IMG/VR virus record: IMGVR_UViG_3300027861_000011
Coordinates: 1-64,000 of that record
DNA from: a virus
Strand: one strand, 5' to 3'
DNA length: 64,000 nucleotides
In this document: positions 34,297 through 44,450 of the stretch, one piece after another
Layout of the letters: each line of letters opens with the position of its first letter
How positions within the stretch are numbered: position 1 is the stretch's first letter
Notes under the pieces: generated by a model
Databases searched by the model: none
What the model was told of the DNA's origin: nothing
What the model saw: the letters and a program-made list of their open reading frames with translations, nothing else
Position numbers and translations under genes: made by a program

Positions 34297-37200
34297 ATGG
34301 CTAATAATAAATTAATACTTAGAACCCTTAATAGTCCATGGGTTTATCCTACAACAGATATAACTAAAAATTCAGTTTTAACTCATTCCGATGTAGATAA
34401 TAACTTCATTTATCTTAAGGGTGAAGTAGTGTATACTGCTCAAACTTCTGGTACAGATTTAATACTTAATAAGGTTAATAATTCCAATATGGTAGTTGAC
34501 TTAAGTAGTGTTGGTGCATTCACACATGTATCCGCTGGAACTATCACGCCAACAAACGCTTATGGTAATACAAATCCATCTAATTACTCATCAATACTTG
34601 GTGGGTCTGGTAATACTATGAACGTAACAGGTTATTATGGGGGTGTAATGACATCAATGGTTATTGGTGGTGGTAAAGGAAATACTAATGGTAGTATATA
34701 TTCAAATATTGGTGGTGGTTCAAATAACAATATTGGTGTTGGGATGAATTATGTTTATGGTAATTATACTTATATATACGGTAATTGTGTTATCGGTGGT
34801 GGTTCAAATAATAATATAGATGACCTTGCTATAAATTCTGTAATAGGTGGTGGAGGAAATAACAATATTTCGTTCTTGGGGTCCTATTCTGTAATAGGTG
34901 GTGGTATAAATAATAATATTACTAGTGCTTCTAGTAGTTCATCAATCCTTGGTGGTGAAAATAATAATAATAATCATAAAAATTCACATATAATAGGTTC
35001 TGATATTACATCTGTAAGTACTGATACAACTCACGTTGAAAAGCTTAATATTAAAACGCTTAATGGAACAACAGCAGTTACAGCATTAGGACTTGATGTA
35101 AACGGAATGGTTGTGGATGGGTCTACTTTAGGTGGTGGAGCTGCATTCACACATGTTTCAAGTGGTATAATTACACCAACAAACGCTTATGGTAATGTAA
35201 ATTATTCTGACTACTCATCAATCCTTGGTGGGTATGGTAATTCTATTAGTGGTAGTGGTAACAATAATGGTTCTGTAATTAGTGGTGGTTTTTTAAATAC
35301 TATCTCTTTATTAGGTGGGAATGCTATTATAGGTGGCGGTGTATATAATACAATTAATTCAAGTGGTTCTATAATTGCTGGTGGTCAAAATAACGAAATA
35401 AAAACAAATTCAAGTTTTGTATCAAATATTAGTGGTGGTAAATTCAATTTGATTTATAGTTCTGGAAGTGTTATTGGTGGTGGTGGAAATAATGTTATTG
35501 GGACAAGTTGTTCTTATTCAACAATAGCTGGTGGTTCAAATAATAATATTACTGGTGGTAATAAATGTGTTATAGTTGGTGGTTCAAATAATAATACAAT
35601 TAATTCTTTACAATCTTTTGTCGGTGGTGGTATAAATAATACAGTTAGTGGTTCTTCTTCTTCAATAATAGTTGGTGGTGAAAATAATACTATAGAACCC
35701 CTTTCTTTCAAATCTATAATAGGTGGTGGTGAATTAAATGTTATTACTAGTGCTAGAAAATCTTTTATTGGTGCTGGTGAAAATAATAGTATTAGTGGTG
35801 GTGGTAGTGATGTTTCTCACGTAATTGTTGGTGGTTATGAGAATAAAATTTTATCTTCATCACCTTTCAGTAAAGAAAATAATATTATTGGTGGTAGATT
35901 AAATTTGATTGAAGGTGTTTCTTCTTCTTCAACAATAGTTGGTGGTTCAAATAATAATATTACTGGTGGTACAAGTTCTATCATAGGTGGTGGTCAAACA
36001 AATATAATTAATAGTAGTTTCTCAACAGTTGGTGGTGGGCGTGATAATGTTATTGATGCGTATCATGGATTCATCGGTGGTGGTGATGATAATCATATTG
36101 TTGATGGTGTAAAATCTATTATCGGTGGTGGTGAAAGAAATGAGATTCACGAACCTCACTCATTTATCGGTGGTGGATTATATAATAGAATTCAAACCTC
36201 TAATAGTGGTAATAATAATAGTATCGTTGGTGGCACTGCTAATATTGTTAGTGGTACCTTCTCAACAGTAGGTGGTGGTAAACAAAATAATATAGTAACT
36301 GGATGGTATAATACTATCGCTGGTGGGTTTAATAACACAACTAATCTTGGTGGTAAAAATATCATTGGTGGTGGTGAAAATAATAGTATTAATTATTATT
36401 ATTCATCAATCCTTGGTGGTAAAGATAATACCGTTAGTAGTAGCTATTCAATAATAGGTGGTGGTTATAATAATACTATTACTGGTACTACTGGTACTTC
36501 ATTATACATTACTCATAACTTTATTGGTGGTGGTAGTGATAACATTATAAGTGGTGTTAATTACTCTACTATTGGTGGTGGTTATAATAATGCAAATAAT
36601 GGGCCATATAGTGTTATCGGTGGTGGGCAAAATAATACAATTAATTATTATGGTAGTTACTCATCAATCCTTGGTAGTGATAATACTATAAATCATTCAA
36701 GTTCACATATAATAGGTTCTGAGATTACATCTGTAAGTGCTAATACAACTCACGTTGAAAAGCTTAATATTAAAACGCTTAATGGAACAGCGTTTAATGT
36801 TGGTTTAGGTTTGGATGTTAATGGAATGGTTGTTAGCGGTTCTACTGGTGGTGGTGGTCTTACCATTGACCCTTATTATGATGAGGGTAACGTTAATTCC
36901 GTTACTTGGGATGTGTCAGGTACCTCAACAAATTATGAAGCAACACTTACAGGTGTCACAACACTTAATATATCTAATGTAAGAAATGGTGATTATGGTA
37001 CAATAATAGTATCACAAGATGGGGTTGGTTCACGCACATTGTCTTTTGGGACTGTTAATGGTGGTGGTGGTTTACATAAAGTTATAAATGGTGGAGGTGG
37101 TGTACCGACACTAACAACAAACGCAAACGCAATAGATATACTTTCATTTACGTATAATGGTGTTACGATGTATTGGACAGTAGGTAATGATTATACTTAA
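34297..37200 (+). CDS. Tail fibre/adhesin with long GGxxN (YadA-head-like beta-roll) repeats
   Basis: Dozens of 'IGGGxNNxI' units in two tandem blocks; C-terminal 'N..NGDYGTIIVSQDG.G.R.L...DILSF.Y.G..Y' tip domain. Confidence 0.85.
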   Translation: MANNKLILRTLNSPWVYPTTDITKNSVLTHSDVDNNFIYLKGEVVYTAQTSGTDLILNKVNNSNMVVDLSSVGAFTHVSAGTITPTNAYGNTNPSNYSSILGGSGNTMNVTGYYGGVMTSMVIGGGKGNTNGSIYSNIGGGSNNNIGVGMNYVYGNYTYIYGNCVIGGGSNNNIDDLAINSVIGGGGNNNISFLGSYSVIGGGINNNITSASSSSSILGGENNNNNHKNSHIIGSDITSVSTDTTHVEKLNIKTLNGTTAVTALGLDVNGMVVDGSTLGGGAAFTHVSSGIITPTNAYGNVNYSDYSSILGGYGNSISGSGNNNGSVISGGFLNTISLLGGNAIIGGGVYNTINSSGSIIAGGQNNEIKTNSSFVSNISGGKFNLIYSSGSVIGGGGNNVIGTSCSYSTIAGGSNNNITGGNKCVIVGGSNNNTINSLQSFVGGGINNTVSGSSSSIIVGGENNTIEPLSFKSIIGGGELNVITSARKSFIGAGENNSISGGGSDVSHVIVGGYENKILSSSPFSKENNIIGGRLNLIEGVSSSSTIVGGSNNNITGGTSSIIGGGQTNIINSSFSTVGGGRDNVIDAYHGFIGGGDDNHIVDGVKSIIGGGERNEIHEPHSFIGGGLYNRIQTSNSGNNNSIVGGTANIVSGTFSTVGGGKQNNIVTGWYNTIAGGFNNTTNLGGKNIIGGGENNSINYYYSSILGGKDNTVSSSYSIIGGGYNNTITGTTGTSLYITHNFIGGGSDNIISGVNYSTIGGGYNNANNGPYSVIGGGQNNTINYYGSYSSILGSDNTINHSSSHIIGSEITSVSANTTHVEKLNIKTLNGTAFNVGLGLDVNGMVVSGSTGGGGLTIDPYYDEGNVNSVTWDVSGTSTNYEATLTGVTTLNISNVRNGDYGTIIVSQDGVGSRTLSFGTVNGGGGLHKVINGGGGVPTLTTNANAIDILSFTYNGVTMYWTVGNDYT

Positions 37201-37211
37201 AATTAGTAATT

Positions 37212-39398
37212 ATGAGTAGAGGACAATTTAGGTCAAGAAATAGGGTAGGGGAAACAATGTCGTTCCAAACTAATTCTAGTAGTACATTAAACCCAACGGT
37301 ATTTTTTTTACCTGGTCTTTCTGATAGGGTTTCTTGGGATTTAGGTGAAGGTGGTGAAGGTGGTAGATATGTTGCGGATAATAGTTTATCTTATACCTAT
37401 CCAGATGGTACAACAAAAACCGTTGTATTACGAACAAATAAATTAAGTAATTTGAACTATTTCTCATCAGTTAGTGATAATTTAGTTGGTAATTTAGATA
37501 TGTCTGGATGGGATAATTTAGGTTATTTTAGGGTTACTTATAGCCCATTATTAACTAGTATTACCCATACCACATCAACAGGGGGTAATTATCAAGCTAA
37601 TAATTGTGGTTTAACAGGAAATCATGATGTATCAATGTTATCTGGATTAGGTGGTCTTTTTTATATTAACAATAATTCATCATTAACTAGTATTACTCAT
37701 GGGGCATCAACACAGACATTTGGTAATTATCGAGCTCAGAGTTGTAATTTAACAGGGAACCATGATATGTCAATGGTAACTGGATTAAGTGGGACTTTTT
37801 ATGTTTATTCAAATTCATCATTAACTAGTATTACCCATGGGGCATCAACACAGACACTTAATAATTATAGAGCTAGTTCTTGTAATTTAACAGGGAACCA
37901 TGATATGTCCATGTTACCTGGATTAAGTGGGACTTTTCTTATTGGTGATAACCGAAATTTAACCAGTATTACCCATGCAGCAATAAGTGTATTAGGAATA
38001 CCTACTGGAGCTTTTGGAACACCAATACCAGGACCACCACCACCATCACCACCAACACCATCATTACCACCATGGTCTAGCACGGGAACAACAGATGGAA
38101 CTTCAGTCAGTGGTCTTACGATGACTGGTTTAATAAGCAGTGCTACTGCTGATGTGAGTGTGTGGATTTTATTTGGTATAATTACAGTAACTGTGGACTC
38201 AGTAAATTCTCAAACCTTTGTTGTAGGTGAAACAGTAACAATTCCCTCATATGATTGCGGAGGTTGTGGTGATTCTGAATGGACAGAACCACTCACATAT
38301 GTTCTTGTGGATGCTGATTTTAGTTGGGTTGTCGATACAATACCAGTGTTTAATAATTATAAAGCTAATAATTGTAATTTAACAGGGAACCATGATATGT
38401 CCATGTTATCTGGATTAGGTGGTCTTTTTTATATTAACAATAATTCATCATTAACCAGTATTACCCATACAGCATCAACAGAAGTGTTTAGTGAATATAT
38501 CGCCAATAATTGTGATTTAACAGGAAATCATGATATGTCAATGTTACCTGGTTTAGGTGGGAAGTTTTACATTTATTCTAACCCGTTATTAACTGGTATT
38601 ACCCATACAACATCAACAGAAGTGTTTAGTGAATATTACGCTCATTCTTGTAATTTAACAGGTAATCATGATATTTCCATGTTACCTGGATTAAGTGGGA
38701 GGTTTAGAATACACAGTAATCCATTATTAACTAGTATTACCCATGGGGCATCAACAGAAGTGTTTATTGAATATCAAGCTCAGAGTTGTAATTTAATAGG
38801 AAATCATGATGTATCAATGTTATCTGGATTAGGTGGTTCTTTTTATGTTTATTCTAACCCGTTATTAACTGGTATTACCCATACAACATCAACAGAAGTG
38901 TTTACTGGATATCAAGCTTATGATTGTGATTTAACAGGAAATCATGATATGTCCATGTTACTTGGATTAAGGAACTGGGTACAGCTATACGGTAATTCAG
39001 CATTAACGGGGATAACGTTCCCACTTAGTTTACAAACATTTAGAAATCATTCGGTGGGAGGTAGTATATACAGGGATTACGCATTTAGTTTAAGTGATTG
39101 TGATATGGGTTATTCTAGTTTTTTACCATTATCTGGTGCAACATTAGATGTTAATTATTTTCAAGGGGCGTATATTGATTTAAGTGGTAATAATATGTTA
39201 GCATCAGAAGTTAACCATTATTTATTTGATTTTAATAATTTATCAACAAACCTAAACCCAACTGGGTGGTCTGGTGTTACATTATTTATTGATGGAACTA
39301 ACGCAGCACCAGACTCATTTAGTGGTGGGTATGATGGTATTGCCGCTTTAAGTAGTTTAACGGGTGGGACAAATAATTGGATAATAACAACAAGTTAA
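37212..39398 (+). CDS. Leucine-rich-repeat virion/surface protein with inserted domain
   Basis: 49-aa repeats 'YxAxxCxLTGNHDxSMLxGLxGxFxIxxNxxLTxITH'; about 120-aa insert at 37982-38344. Confidence 0.8.
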   Translation: MSRGQFRSRNRVGETMSFQTNSSSTLNPTVFFLPGLSDRVSWDLGEGGEGGRYVADNSLSYTYPDGTTKTVVLRTNKLSNLNYFSSVSDNLVGNLDMSGWDNLGYFRVTYSPLLTSITHTTSTGGNYQANNCGLTGNHDVSMLSGLGGLFYINNNSSLTSITHGASTQTFGNYRAQSCNLTGNHDMSMVTGLSGTFYVYSNSSLTSITHGASTQTLNNYRASSCNLTGNHDMSMLPGLSGTFLIGDNRNLTSITHAAISVLGIPTGAFGTPIPGPPPPSPPTPSLPPWSSTGTTDGTSVSGLTMTGLISSATADVSVWILFGIITVTVDSVNSQTFVVGETVTIPSYDCGGCGDSEWTEPLTYVLVDADFSWVVDTIPVFNNYKANNCNLTGNHDMSMLSGLGGLFYINNNSSLTSITHTASTEVFSEYIANNCDLTGNHDMSMLPGLGGKFYIYSNPLLTGITHTTSTEVFSEYYAHSCNLTGNHDISMLPGLSGRFRIHSNPLLTSITHGASTEVFIEYQAQSCNLIGNHDVSMLSGLGGSFYVYSNPLLTGITHTTSTEVFTGYQAYDCDLTGNHDMSMLLGLRNWVQLYGNSALTGITFPLSLQTFRNHSVGGSIYRDYAFSLSDCDMGYSSFLPLSGATLDVNYFQGAYIDLSGNNMLASEVNHYLFDFNNLSTNLNPTGWSGVTLFIDGTNAAPDSFSGGYDGIAALSSLTGGTNNWIITTS

Positions 39399-39462
39399 TA
39401 TATATAACATTATCAATATTATGTATATTTATATAATAAATAATAAATAAAAAAATAATAAT

Positions 39463-39684
39463 ATGAAAATTTTATTTAAATACAGGGCAGAAGGTGGTAG
39501 GGTTATCACAACAAATAACGGTGATGAAAAAATAATGGTAATAAGAACAGGTCCAAGAGGTATTGTTGCTAGAGTTTATGAGAGTCGTCTGATAGTTATT
39601 TGGAGTAAAGAAGATGCTGATAGCCATATCGATGATTCAGAAGATGATTTGATTCAAAAAATAATTGAAGTGTTAAACGTTTAA
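39463..39684 (+). CDS. Small hypothetical protein (possible fibre-associated factor)
   Basis: 73-aa ORF preceded by ATATTTATA at 39425. Confidence 0.65.
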   Translation: MKILFKYRAEGGRVITTNNGDEKIMVIRTGPRGIVARVYESRLIVIWSKEDADSHIDDSEDDLIQKIIEVLNV

Positions 39685-39721
39685 TACTTTATATTTTGGT
39701 TTAAAGAGTTATATTTAATAC

Positions 39722-40537
39722 ATGAAAAAAATTAATTTAATAGCTGGAATGCCACGTAGTGGTTCAACATTGTTGTGTAATTTACTTAACATGAATCCAA
39801 AGTTTCACGCAACACCAACGTCCCCAGTAATAGATGTATTACAGAATATTAGAAGTAGTTACTCACATAACATTACTTTTAAGACTCAAGATAGACTCGA
39901 ATTATTTGAGAATATGAGTAAGGGACTTAAAGGATTTATGGATGGTTATTACTTTGATAAAGATATAATCTTCGATAAGAGTAGAGGTTGGGCTAATAAT
40001 CTACCATTACTTGATACTATATTGGAACACACAGATACCAAGATAATATGGACTTATAGAGACCCAGTTGAGGTTGTTAGTAGTATTGAGAAACATTATC
40101 AGAAAACAATTCTCTTAGAAAATTCTGATGAAAATGGTGGTGGAAATTTCTCAACACTTGGTAGTAGAGTGGATAACTTCATTAATGATGGTGGAATTAT
40201 TGCTAGACCAGTATGGCTTTTAAATGATGCTTTTGAAATGGGTTATTCTAATAGAATACTTATTGTACCTTATAATCAATTGACTATTAACACACAAGAG
40301 GTTATGGATAAAATACATGATTTTGTGGGGGAAGAAAGATATCAATACGATAAGAATAATTTTAGTGATTTAAAACAAACTACTAAAGAATTTGATGGGC
40401 TTTATAATTTTAAATTTCCACACTCTATTAAAGAGGGTGAAGTTAAATATGTAAAACATAATATTAATTTACCAGAACATATTATAGAAAAGATTAATCA
40501 TAGGTTCACTTGGATTAACGATTTACTAAAAAGATGA
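39722..40537 (+). CDS. Sulfotransferase (Sulfotransfer_3 / tyrosylprotein-sulfotransferase-like)
   Basis: 'IAGMPRSGSTLLCNLL', 'IFDKSRGW', 'WTYRDPVEVVSS', 'IVPYNQL'. Confidence 0.88.
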   Translation: MKKINLIAGMPRSGSTLLCNLLNMNPKFHATPTSPVIDVLQNIRSSYSHNITFKTQDRLELFENMSKGLKGFMDGYYFDKDIIFDKSRGWANNLPLLDTILEHTDTKIIWTYRDPVEVVSSIEKHYQKTILLENSDENGGGNFSTLGSRVDNFINDGGIIARPVWLLNDAFEMGYSNRILIVPYNQLTINTQEVMDKIHDFVGEERYQYDKNNFSDLKQTTKEFDGLYNFKFPHSIKEGEVKYVKHNINLPEHIIEKINHRFTWINDLLKR

Positions 40538-40558
40538 TATTTATTAATAAATAGACTT

Positions 40559-40933
40559 ATGGATTTCAGCATTAATAAAGGTTCAACTTTACCCATTTTA
40601 AAAATGGAGCTAATAAAAGATGGTAGATATACTTATCATGAATTTAATAATATGTTACAGAATAGTAAGGTCTATTTTAGTATGGCTAATATCACCACTG
40701 GAGTTAAGAAGATTGGTAAAAAGTCAGCTATTTGTATTCTTAAGGATGAATATGATGGGTGTAAAGATGAAGAATATTATATAGCTTATCAATTCACATC
40801 TAAAGACACCGCAAAGCCTGGTAGTTACGTTGGTAACTTCACAATTGAATTTCAAGATGGTTCTGGAACACTTGTGGTTCCAATTAGAGAAGAATTATAT
40901 ATTCACGTTCTGGATGGTTCAATAAAAAAATAA
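40559..40933 (+). CDS. BppU-N-like baseplate/fibre-attachment protein
   Basis: 'F.I.KG.TLP.L', 'YQF...DT..PG.Y.G.F.I.F.DG...VP' pattern. Confidence 0.6.
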   Translation: MDFSINKGSTLPILKMELIKDGRYTYHEFNNMLQNSKVYFSMANITTGVKKIGKKSAICILKDEYDGCKDEEYYIAYQFTSKDTAKPGSYVGNFTIEFQDGSGTLVVPIREELYIHVLDGSIKK

Positions 40934-41020
40934 TTGTATTTTTATACGTCATTATATGTAATAAAATTACTAAATATGGGTGACAATTAGAATATAAATT
41001 AAATTAAATGAGAATAAAAG

Positions 41021-41051
41021 TTGCATCTTTAATTTTAAAATGGTATTTTTG
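41021..41051 (+). promoter_or_regulatory. Putative host-RNAP promoter for polB (TTGCAT-N17-TATTTTTG; contains Bacteroidota -7 TAnnTTTG)
   Basis: Seen in the intergenic region upstream of 41146. Confidence 0.55.
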
Positions 41052-41075
41052 TTAAGCAATTTGCAAATTGCTTAA
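41052..41075. repeat. Perfect 24-bp palindrome TTAAGCAATTTGCAAATTGCTTAA
   Basis: Verified as its own reverse complement; immediately downstream of the putative polB promoter. Confidence 0.9.
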
Positions 41076-41145
41076 AACACCTATTTTCACCTTACCCCTT
41101 GATTTATAACTTTATTAACAATACTTTTACTAAAAATGTAATAAC

Positions 41146-44100
41146 ATGGAAAAGGAGAAAGTTAGTTTTGAAGTAATTGAGAAGTTCTTAGAGGGTAGAG
41201 ACCCACAGAAGTATATTGTGAGTATTGAAGCATCATACCATGAACAATTCGTATCACTTATTATTAATGACCCAGATAAGGGTAAATTTATAGAGAAGCA
41301 CTCTTATAATCCATTTATATGGATGAAGCACAGTGTTGCTGATATAATGTATAATGGTAAGCGAGGTGATATAAAAGCGGCCATGACAAAATATGGTGTA
41401 AAGATAAAAGCTTTAACTATAGAGGATAGTGATGGTAATATTCCAGAAAGATTAGAGGATGGTTATAAATTTATGGCTAGTTGTAAAACTAGTTATTCAA
41501 ATCTTATTCAATTCTTTAGAGATGGTGGTGTAGATATCTTTGATGAGAAATATAAAAAGATGTTTGTTGCATTCGCACCAGCAGAACAATTCTTTATTCA
41601 AACTGGTAAAAGACTTTTTAAAGGGATGGATGAGTATAATGATGTTCATAGATTTCAGTTTGATTTAGAAACAATGGGTCTTGATGGTTCAGTTAGTCCA
41701 ATATTCCAAATAGGTATTAGAGATAATAGAGGGTTTGAATTAATTCTTGAAACAAAAGGAGATACTGATGCTGAAAAAAGAGATTCTGAAAGAGAAAATA
41801 TTTATACATTCTTTGAGGCTATAGAAAGAATATGTCCAGATATTATCACTGGATATAATTCAGAAAACTTTGATTGGCCTTATTTAAAGAAAAGGTGTAA
41901 TAGGCTTGGTATTGATATAACTAGTATCGCTAAAACACTTAATAAGAAACATAAGATTAGATGGAAAGATTCTATGATTAAGTTAGGTGGTGAATCAGAA
42001 TATTATCAACAAACAATGATGTGGGGTTTTAATATACTTGATATATCTCATTCCGTTCGTAGAGCTCAAGCAATTAATTCAAATATTAAATCTTGGTCAC
42101 TTAAATATATTACAGAATATTCTGGTGTAGCTAAACCTAATAGAGTTTATGTTCCAGGTGATATGATTTATACCACATGGGCTGATGAGAGAGATTATTG
42201 GTATAATGATAGTAATGGTACTTATGGTTTAATGGAGACTCTTATTGAAGAGAAACAAAAAGAATTATCAAATGAAACTGTTGACAAATTACTTGAAATG
42301 GGTGGTCTTACTAGGGTTAGTGGTGCTTATATAGTTCAAAGATATCTTAAGGATGATTTATGGGAAACAGAACAAGTGGATGGTATATATAACCAAGCAG
42401 CTTATTTGATTGCTAAGTTATTACCTACATCTTATATGAGAAGTTCTACAATGGGCACAGCTGGACAATGGAAACTTATTATGGCTTCTTGGTCTTATGA
42501 ACAAGGGTTAGCTATACCAGCATTAGAGCCAAAAAGAAGTTTTACTGGTGGTCTATCTAGACTTTTAGAAGTAGGGTACGCTAGAGATGTTATTAAGTTA
42601 GATTTCGCTGCACTATATCCAAAGACTCAGTTAACTCATGGTATATTCCCAGAGCTTGATATATCTGGAGTTATGGAAGGTTTATTGACTTATGTTGTTG
42701 ATAAGAGAGATGAATTTAAATTCCTTACAAGTGAACATAAAGATAAAGCTAGGAAGTTAAAGGGTCAATTAGATGATAATATAGATAAACTTACACCAGA
42801 TAGAATAGCTAAGGCTAAAGAGATGATATCTAAAGATAAGAAGATAGCTTCTGATTACGATAAGAAACAGTTACCACTTAAGATTCTTGCTAACTCATTC
42901 TTCGGTGCATATGGTGCTCCCTATATATTTAACTGGGGCGATACTGATTGTGCTGAAGAAACAACTTGTAGAGGAAGACAATACTTGAGGCTTATGGTTA
43001 AGCATTTTTATGAGAAGTATGATTTCAGACCACTAGTTGGAGATACTGATGGTTTTAACTTTGCTATTCCAGAATCAGCTAAAGACATTAAATACACTTG
43101 TAAGGCTAATCATTGGAAAACTAATCATTATACACCAGGAACTAAGTTGGATGGCTTAGATGCAGTATTAGCAGAGTTTAATGAAGTACATATGATAGGT
43201 AGAATGGGGTTAGATGTAGATGATATATGTTCTTCAACAATAAACTTCGCTAGAAAGAATTATGCAAATGATATAGATGGTAAGGTTAAATTAGTGGGTA
43301 ACTCTATTAAGAGTAAGGCAATGCCAGTTTATATCGAAGAGTTTTTAGCTAAAGGTATTAGGTTTCTATTAGATGGTAAAGGATATGAATTTATAGAATG
43401 GTATTACTCATATGTGGATGACATTTATAATTATAGAATTCCAGTTGCAAAGATTGCATCTAAATCTAAGGTTAAAATGACTGTTAAGAATTATAAGAGT
43501 GTTTATACAAAACAAACTAATAAGGCTGGAAATCTTAAAGCAAGACAAGCTCATATGGAGTTAATAATTGCTAATGATTTAGATGTTAATTTAGGTGATG
43601 TAATTTATTATGTTAATACTGGTTCTGCTAAATCACATAGTGACGTTAAAGCTATAAAGGATAAAGAAACTAAACAAGTTATAGAGATTAAATTTAATTC
43701 TAAGATTATTTCATCTGAACAATTAGAAAAGAATCCAAACTTAACTAATGATGAATATAATGTCTCTAAATACTTAGATGCTTTTAATAAAAGAATTAAA
43801 CCTCTATTGGTTTGTTTTGACCCAGAGATGAGAAGTGAAATCATTATAGATGTTTATAAAGATAAAAAGACTAAGGTTCTTAAATTAAAAGAAAGAAGTG
43901 TATTTACTGAAAAGCAATGCGTAATGATGGCTGGTAAACCATTTGAAGATAGTGACCAGGACACTTATGATGCACTTATGACAATGGAAGATAAAGAAAT
44001 TAAATTCTGGGATTCTGTTGATAAGCTTCCAAATAATATGGAGCAAAAAGAATGGGATATAGTTAGGGGTGATTATCTTGAAAGAATGAGGGTTGAGAGA

Positions 44101-44415
44101 ATATCGGGTATTTCAAGTGAAAAGGCTTTATTAACTGATATCTGTATGAGATGTGAAATTTCTCAATTAGAATCTATTAGAGAAAGTGGTGAATGGCCAA
44201 AAGAAATAATGGTGTTCAGTGAAGTAGTTAAAGATGAAGATGGTGTATGGTATTTTAAATCTAAGAAATGGGAAGTTAAATTACATGATGCTGACGAATT
44301 ATTTAAGTATTATGAAGAAGCTATGCGAAGAGCAAGTTATTATAATACTATAGATGATGTAGAAGATAGATATGAGATGTGGTTAGATTATAAATCATCG
44401 CAAGAACATACATAA
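41146..44415 (+). CDS. polB: DNA polymerase, family B
   Basis: ExoI 'FDLET', ExoII 'GYNSENFDWPYL', ExoIII 'YLKDDLWET', motif A 'LDFAALYP', motif B 'KILANSFFG', motif C 'GDTDG'. Confidence 0.95.
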   Translation: MEKEKVSFEVIEKFLEGRDPQKYIVSIEASYHEQFVSLIINDPDKGKFIEKHSYNPFIWMKHSVADIMYNGKRGDIKAAMTKYGVKIKALTIEDSDGNIPERLEDGYKFMASCKTSYSNLIQFFRDGGVDIFDEKYKKMFVAFAPAEQFFIQTGKRLFKGMDEYNDVHRFQFDLETMGLDGSVSPIFQIGIRDNRGFELILETKGDTDAEKRDSERENIYTFFEAIERICPDIITGYNSENFDWPYLKKRCNRLGIDITSIAKTLNKKHKIRWKDSMIKLGGESEYYQQTMMWGFNILDISHSVRRAQAINSNIKSWSLKYITEYSGVAKPNRVYVPGDMIYTTWADERDYWYNDSNGTYGLMETLIEEKQKELSNETVDKLLEMGGLTRVSGAYIVQRYLKDDLWETEQVDGIYNQAAYLIAKLLPTSYMRSSTMGTAGQWKLIMASWSYEQGLAIPALEPKRSFTGGLSRLLEVGYARDVIKLDFAALYPKTQLTHGIFPELDISGVMEGLLTYVVDKRDEFKFLTSEHKDKARKLKGQLDDNIDKLTPDRIAKAKEMISKDKKIASDYDKKQLPLKILANSFFGAYGAPYIFNWGDTDCAEETTCRGRQYLRLMVKHFYEKYDFRPLVGDTDGFNFAIPESAKDIKYTCKANHWKTNHYTPGTKLDGLDAVLAEFNEVHMIGRMGLDVDDICSSTINFARKNYANDIDGKVKLVGNSIKSKAMPVYIEEFLAKGIRFLLDGKGYEFIEWYYSYVDDIYNYRIPVAKIASKSKVKMTVKNYKSVYTKQTNKAGNLKARQAHMELIIANDLDVNLGDVIYYVNTGSAKSHSDVKAIKDKETKQVIEIKFNSKIISSEQLEKNPNLTNDEYNVSKYLDAFNKRIKPLLVCFDPEMRSEIIIDVYKDKKTKVLKLKERSVFTEKQCVMMAGKPFEDSDQDTYDALMTMEDKEIKFWDSVDKLPNNMEQKEWDIVRGDYLERMRVERISGISSEKALLTDICMRCEISQLESIRESGEWPKEIMVFSEVVKDEDGVWYFKSKKWEVKLHDADELFKYYEEAMRRASYYNTIDDVEDRYEMWLDYKSSQEHT

Positions 44416-44418
44416 ACA

Positions 44419-44450
44419 AGAAAGGAGCTAATTAAAGCTCCTTTTTTTAT
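44419..44450. terminator. Bidirectional intrinsic terminator
   Basis: AAAGGAGCT-aattaa-AGCTCCTTT followed by a T tract, between convergent polB and neck gene. Confidence 0.85.
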
